Source of the DNA: Botryllus schlosseri
Taxonomy: Eukaryota
DNA: 64,000 bases
Direction of reading: 5' to 3'
Assembly: GCA_051294905.1 (NCBI GenBank)
Contig: CM119371.1
Location: forward strand, 26,538,001-26,602,000
Part shown: piece by piece, positions 60,015-64,000 of the stretch
Position numbering within the stretch: the stretch's first letter is position 1
Layout: each line of letters opens with the position of its first letter
Translations under genes and position numbers: made by a program
Notes under the pieces: generated by a model
What the model was told of the DNA's origin: nothing
The model's database searches: none
What the model saw: only the letters and a program-made list of their open reading frames with translations

Positions 60015-60058
60015 TGCTCCAGGCGAGGCTCGAACTCGCAGCCTCCGCATGTCTCCGT
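60015..60058 (-). pseudogene. tRNA-Ile(TAT) 3' half, interrupted in the intron
   Basis: Perfect 3' exon and 8 intron bases abut the transposon TIR. Confidence 0.85.
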
Positions 60059-60613
60059 CAGACATGGGGTGATTACTTCATGAATGTAATCGATTGCGAT
60101 TACGATTACTTCTGAATCCCGCGATTACGATTACGATTACAGCAAAATCAGGAAGTAGTCGATTACGATTACGATTACATTGGCAAAGTAATCACGATTA
60201 CTCACGATTACATTTATTTTGCTTCTTTGAACTAAACTTAGAAAATGTATTGGAAGACAACATAAGGATTGCGATGAAAAGTCCTAAAAACAACTTTCTT
60301 TATCGATGCTGCGTCATCTTCTTGTTACGTCATAATGTTTGCTCAACTTTATAGGGGACGATTTATCGCACCCACCGATTTGCATTCTTGTCAGATCCGT
60401 AACTACCGAACCCCAAACTCTGACTGTGAGGGAGCAAGGGCCGAAAAATCACTTCATCGGCCCCCTACCCAAAAACATTTATCTTGGGCACCCATAGGAT
60501 CATGGGATCATAATTTTTTTTTGAATTTTATATAATGCATTATTGATTCGGTCAATACTATTGGGAATTGCATATATATTGCTACATTTTTTTAATCCTC
60601 TCTCTGCCTACGT

Positions 60614-62816
60614 CAGTGGTTCCCAACCGGTGTGCCGCGGCACACTAGTGTGCCAATTGGACTGCTCAGGTGTGCCGCGAGCAGATGCGCTAAACTGGGT
60701 CGAAGTATAACAAAAATCTAAATTTTGAGTGTGTCATTGTTGGAGTTTCTATTGAATTTACTATATCAAGACACGCGATGTAGGCCTACAATCCGATGCA
60801 GTGAACAGATACAAGGATGTCGCGACGGCCATAGTAACGTTATCTCAATTAGGCATCCCCATCACGTCATGGATTGGGTCTTTTTCTGGCTTTTTGTTGT
60901 AAAGACGCTCCGAGCACAGCAACGTATATGGCCGGAGAATCTCATAAATCTGAGACGCTTCGTAACTTGCTACTGCACTGCCATGAATGAAACTGGGGCC
61001 TCCACCGTCAATGGGTGTGATGCGCTAGTTTGCCCACATATAGAAGCATTTAGGACGGTGATAGATAGATAACTAGACTCGGGCTATTGGACCGTGATGT
61101 TGAGGTGTGGCCGAAGGTGACCTTTTACTTGTCACCCCATCCGAACCGGAGGCAGAACAGGGACGTGAAGTAGTTGATGACCTTTTTCTGTTTCTATTTG
61201 TAGTCGTATTCTTGCCATGTCTTCGTTATCGATGATAATTTTATACCATGCCGATATAACATATTTTGATTCTTGAGATGCCAACTTATAGCTAGGGCTG
61301 GGCAAAATCGAGTACCTGAGTGATTCGATTCTGAATCACGTATTACGCTTCGAGTCGAGTCGAGTAATCGAGTATCACTCATTATGACGTCACAACATAA
61401 TGTGCTATGTCAAAGTTCAAATAGGTACCTTTTATGCCGTCACAAAAAACATAATGCCTCTTATCCGTCACATTAAAGATACTTTGGTATTTTTTCGACC
61501 ATACCGATTTCATTGCACTCGCACAATGTTGTGGGATGATCATGACTTCGATGATGTGTTAGTATTTCCAGTAACGTTCGTAGCTTTGTACTATGTCTCG
61601 TATGCTGCGACACGGCCAATCACGGTTTCAAGGCTACTTCAGTATCAAAATTATAATTCTCGTTAGTAAATTACCTTTCAGTCGCGAAGAGCGTATGATT
61701 TCAGTACTCGAAAAAATCGTCTTTTACTACTCGACTCGAATCATTAAAATTAATACTCGATTCAGATTCGAGTACTCGAGTCATTGTGCCCAGCCCTACT
61801 TATAGCACGGTCCACTTTTTGTAAGACACTGCTTTTGCGGACCCGGGGACGAGTAGGAGCCAATATAAACCTCCAACACCTAGGAAGGCATTCCCACCAA
61901 CAAGAAATATATACTCATTTGGAAGTGATGTTCACATGTACAAATTAGAATTGCCGACATAGCCATTCACATTGCGATTGTTGGGTAGCGTGCCAGCATT
62001 GCAGGTAAAAGTAGGCTCACGTCGCAACGTAATGTTGCAGGCGACAAATTTGAGAATTGAGAAGTAATGTTGATCAAATTATATCAGTTAATAAATTTCA
62101 CCGGTCCTGGGGTTTATCATCCCGGTTTGTTGGAACTGCAATTGAACAGCAGCTGGCTGCCAGTAAGACTCTTGACAGAGGTATTGCTATCCTCACAGAA
62201 GCTATTACACGATCTGCATGGAAACGCGTTTGGCTTCCAAGTATAGACACCTCTATACGCGTCTGTTTTTGTTATTAGTGACGATCGCGATTGGACTCTT
62301 CCACGCGACGGTTATTACATCGACAACGAGGTAGTGGGCAGACTTTGTTGTCAAGCCAATCTTATGAAATTAACCTCAGCCTGAAGTTTGAACGAGGTCT
62401 CAGCAGGCAAGTTATGTGGCAACAGAGGTAATGGTTGATAATTCAAAACCTCACACGGATTGAGAGAAAGTCCTTATTCCTGCCTGCAATAAAATTGTAA
62501 AAAAGAAGAATTGAAAACGATCCCCGTGTCAAATTATACCATTCGTAGACGTATTTGTGAAATGTCCGCAGAGATAAAAGAAAACTTAATTTCTTCTTTG
62601 AAGCAGCGAAAAGCCTACTTGAGTACACCGAAAAGGCAGAAGTACTTCGTCAGTGACCAGTGACCACCTATATAAGACTGTGGTTGCTGCTATACGCATT
62701 CTGGTAGTTTGCTTTTGCCGTAAACCAAAAGAGTTCAGAACCACTGTGCTAGTGTGCCGCGAACTCTTTTTCATTTTCAAAGTGTGCCGCGAGGTCAAAA
62801 AGGTTGGGAACCACTG
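60614..62816. mobile_element. hAT (Buster-like) element, CAGTGGTTCCCAACC TIRs
   Basis: Perfect TSD GCCTACGT; GTGTGCCGC subterminal repeats. Confidence 0.9.
61293..61798. mobile_element. hAT-like MITE, TAGGGCTGGGCA family
   Basis: Perfect TSD CTTATAGC. Confidence 0.92.
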
Positions 62817-64000
62817 GCCTACGTAATCAAATTTACCGGTAGCGCTGAGTGAGGTGTTGTCAGGGAAATGCCGGGCTCGTAAATAATACTTAAACATATT
62901 CGGGTGGGTCCGTTGTTATTTCGTGTACTCCTGTCTGCTATGCCAGATGATATTAAAATCGCCCAAACGTACTAAACTAAAAGTCGCACACGATTTCAAA
63001 TTGGTATTTCTTCACTGGAAAATAATTTTTCTCTGCACGGTGTAGCACTTGTCTTGTAGATTGTCAGGACACGAACATTTGGTGGCAGCCAGTTATAGGC
63101 TACTATGGACAATTGAACATATTTGTAGATATATAAAAGTTTTCGGTCAGCATGAGGGCAGTCGCCCAGTCGGTCAAGTTTTTCTCGCTGCTTATCGTTC
63201 TTGCAAACTTATCGGAGTTGCATATTACATGGCCTAAAACTTCATATGTTTTGATGCGTCGTGGCGCGGTAATGGCCGACGCCGAAATGACAGTTTCTAT
63301 AAATCATACGTATTCTTCTTGGAGAATGGTACCCAACAACGAAGCGGTTCGGCACCATTGAATCGTAGTTGCATAAAGTTGCATATATTTTCAAAAAAAT
63401 ACTCAGAAAATTATTTTGGGCCCGCTTCGAGCTCCCCATCCACAATTGGAGGGTTTGGGTTGCGGGTTGCAGTAGTTACGGTCCTTGAGCGAGCTGGAAG
63501 GGGAATCAGAAGTAATTCGTAATCAACATAAATTCTAGACTATTTTCGAGAAATTTGATCAACTTGAAAATTTTCGTCAAGCTTCGCAATTTAATTTCTG
63601 TAGATAGCTTGCTTCTGAAATGCATACGTCTCCCTTTAAGCAAAAAACCATGCCTAATTTATAGCAATAGGGGGTTCGGTGCACGTCAGTACCGCGCCAC
63701 GACACACCAAAAGACAGGTGCAGTTTCAGCCAACATGCGACTCCACGAAGTGTGCTACCAAAAAGTCTTACGCCGAAACTTTGGGTATATGTTCATTGTC
63801 AATAGCCGCGATGGGTGGGCGTGACGAATAGTCATGTCCTCCAAATCTGAACCCCAAAATACAGATGGCACCCGGGGCACCCTCGGAGGAATGAATGCAT
63901 GGCAATTTGTGTGTGCTTCCCACGAAATTTTTAGTCTGCTACGTTTGGGCGACTACAATATCTTTTGATAATATGCTATGCAAGCTGCCGTTACGAGAAA

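Larger units (their letters stand above)
15467..60058. repeat. tandem/inverted tRNA gene array (Tyr, Thr-Ser dimer, Ile) with co-duplicated spacers
   Basis: The same spacers recur with the genes; orientation minus 15.4-35.9 kb, plus 35.9-39.3, minus 39.3-44.0, mostly plus 44.0-55.26, minus 55.26-60.06. Confidence 0.95.
60436..63486. mobile_element. CAGGGCCGTAAC-family MITE (nested)
   Basis: TSD GAGGGAGC/GAGCGAGC; homologous to 27940-29202. Confidence 0.8.
60059..64000. mobile_element. CAGACATGGGGT/CGATTA family element, runs off the window
   Basis: Collinear with 29992-~30860 once nested inserts are removed. Confidence 0.85.

Noticed and set aside
15467..60058. tRNA copies as tRNA-derived SINEs
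   Set aside because: Introns are retained, there are no tails, encoded CCA or TSDs, and flanks are co-duplicated, which indicates DNA-level duplication.
61293..61798. TAGGG...CCCTA MITEs as the source of TA-GG scars
   Set aside because: Their TA is part of the TIR and they have 8-bp TSDs (CTTATAGC), so they are hAT-like.
1..64000. Species or phylum assignment
   Set aside because: tRNA sequences indicate an animal, probably an invertebrate, but nothing in the window is diagnostic without a database search.

Overview
AT-rich animal nuclear DNA, with no operons, CRISPR, rRNA or intact transposase. (1) 1-15.4 kb holds deeply nested non-autonomous DNA transposons (mostly hAT-like MITEs with 8-bp TSDs) and weak candidate exons of a minus-strand gene. 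(2) 15.4-60.1 kb is a rearranged tandem/inverted tRNA array with about 60 genes and fragments: intron-containing Tyr(GTA) (~16) and Ile(TAT) (~7), plus ~19 Thr(CGT/TGT)-Ser(AGA) pairs or remnants. Only about a dozen look intact. (3) 60.1-64 kb is another MITE nest, inserted in a tRNA-Ile intron. The first main result is a Thr-Ser tRNA dimer with only a 2-nt spacer and no terminator between the genes, kept in two unrelated flanking contexts (a probable dicistronic pre-tRNA). The second is a ~964-bp TA-targeting GGGG...CCCC transposon seen in empty, filled and apparently excised states at one paralogous site, which would explain the TAGGCTA/TAGCCTA/TAGGCCTA micro-insertions as excision footprints. 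All alignments and coordinates were read by eye (a few bp of error possible). Family names are inferred from TIR/TSD signatures only, and the species cannot be determined.
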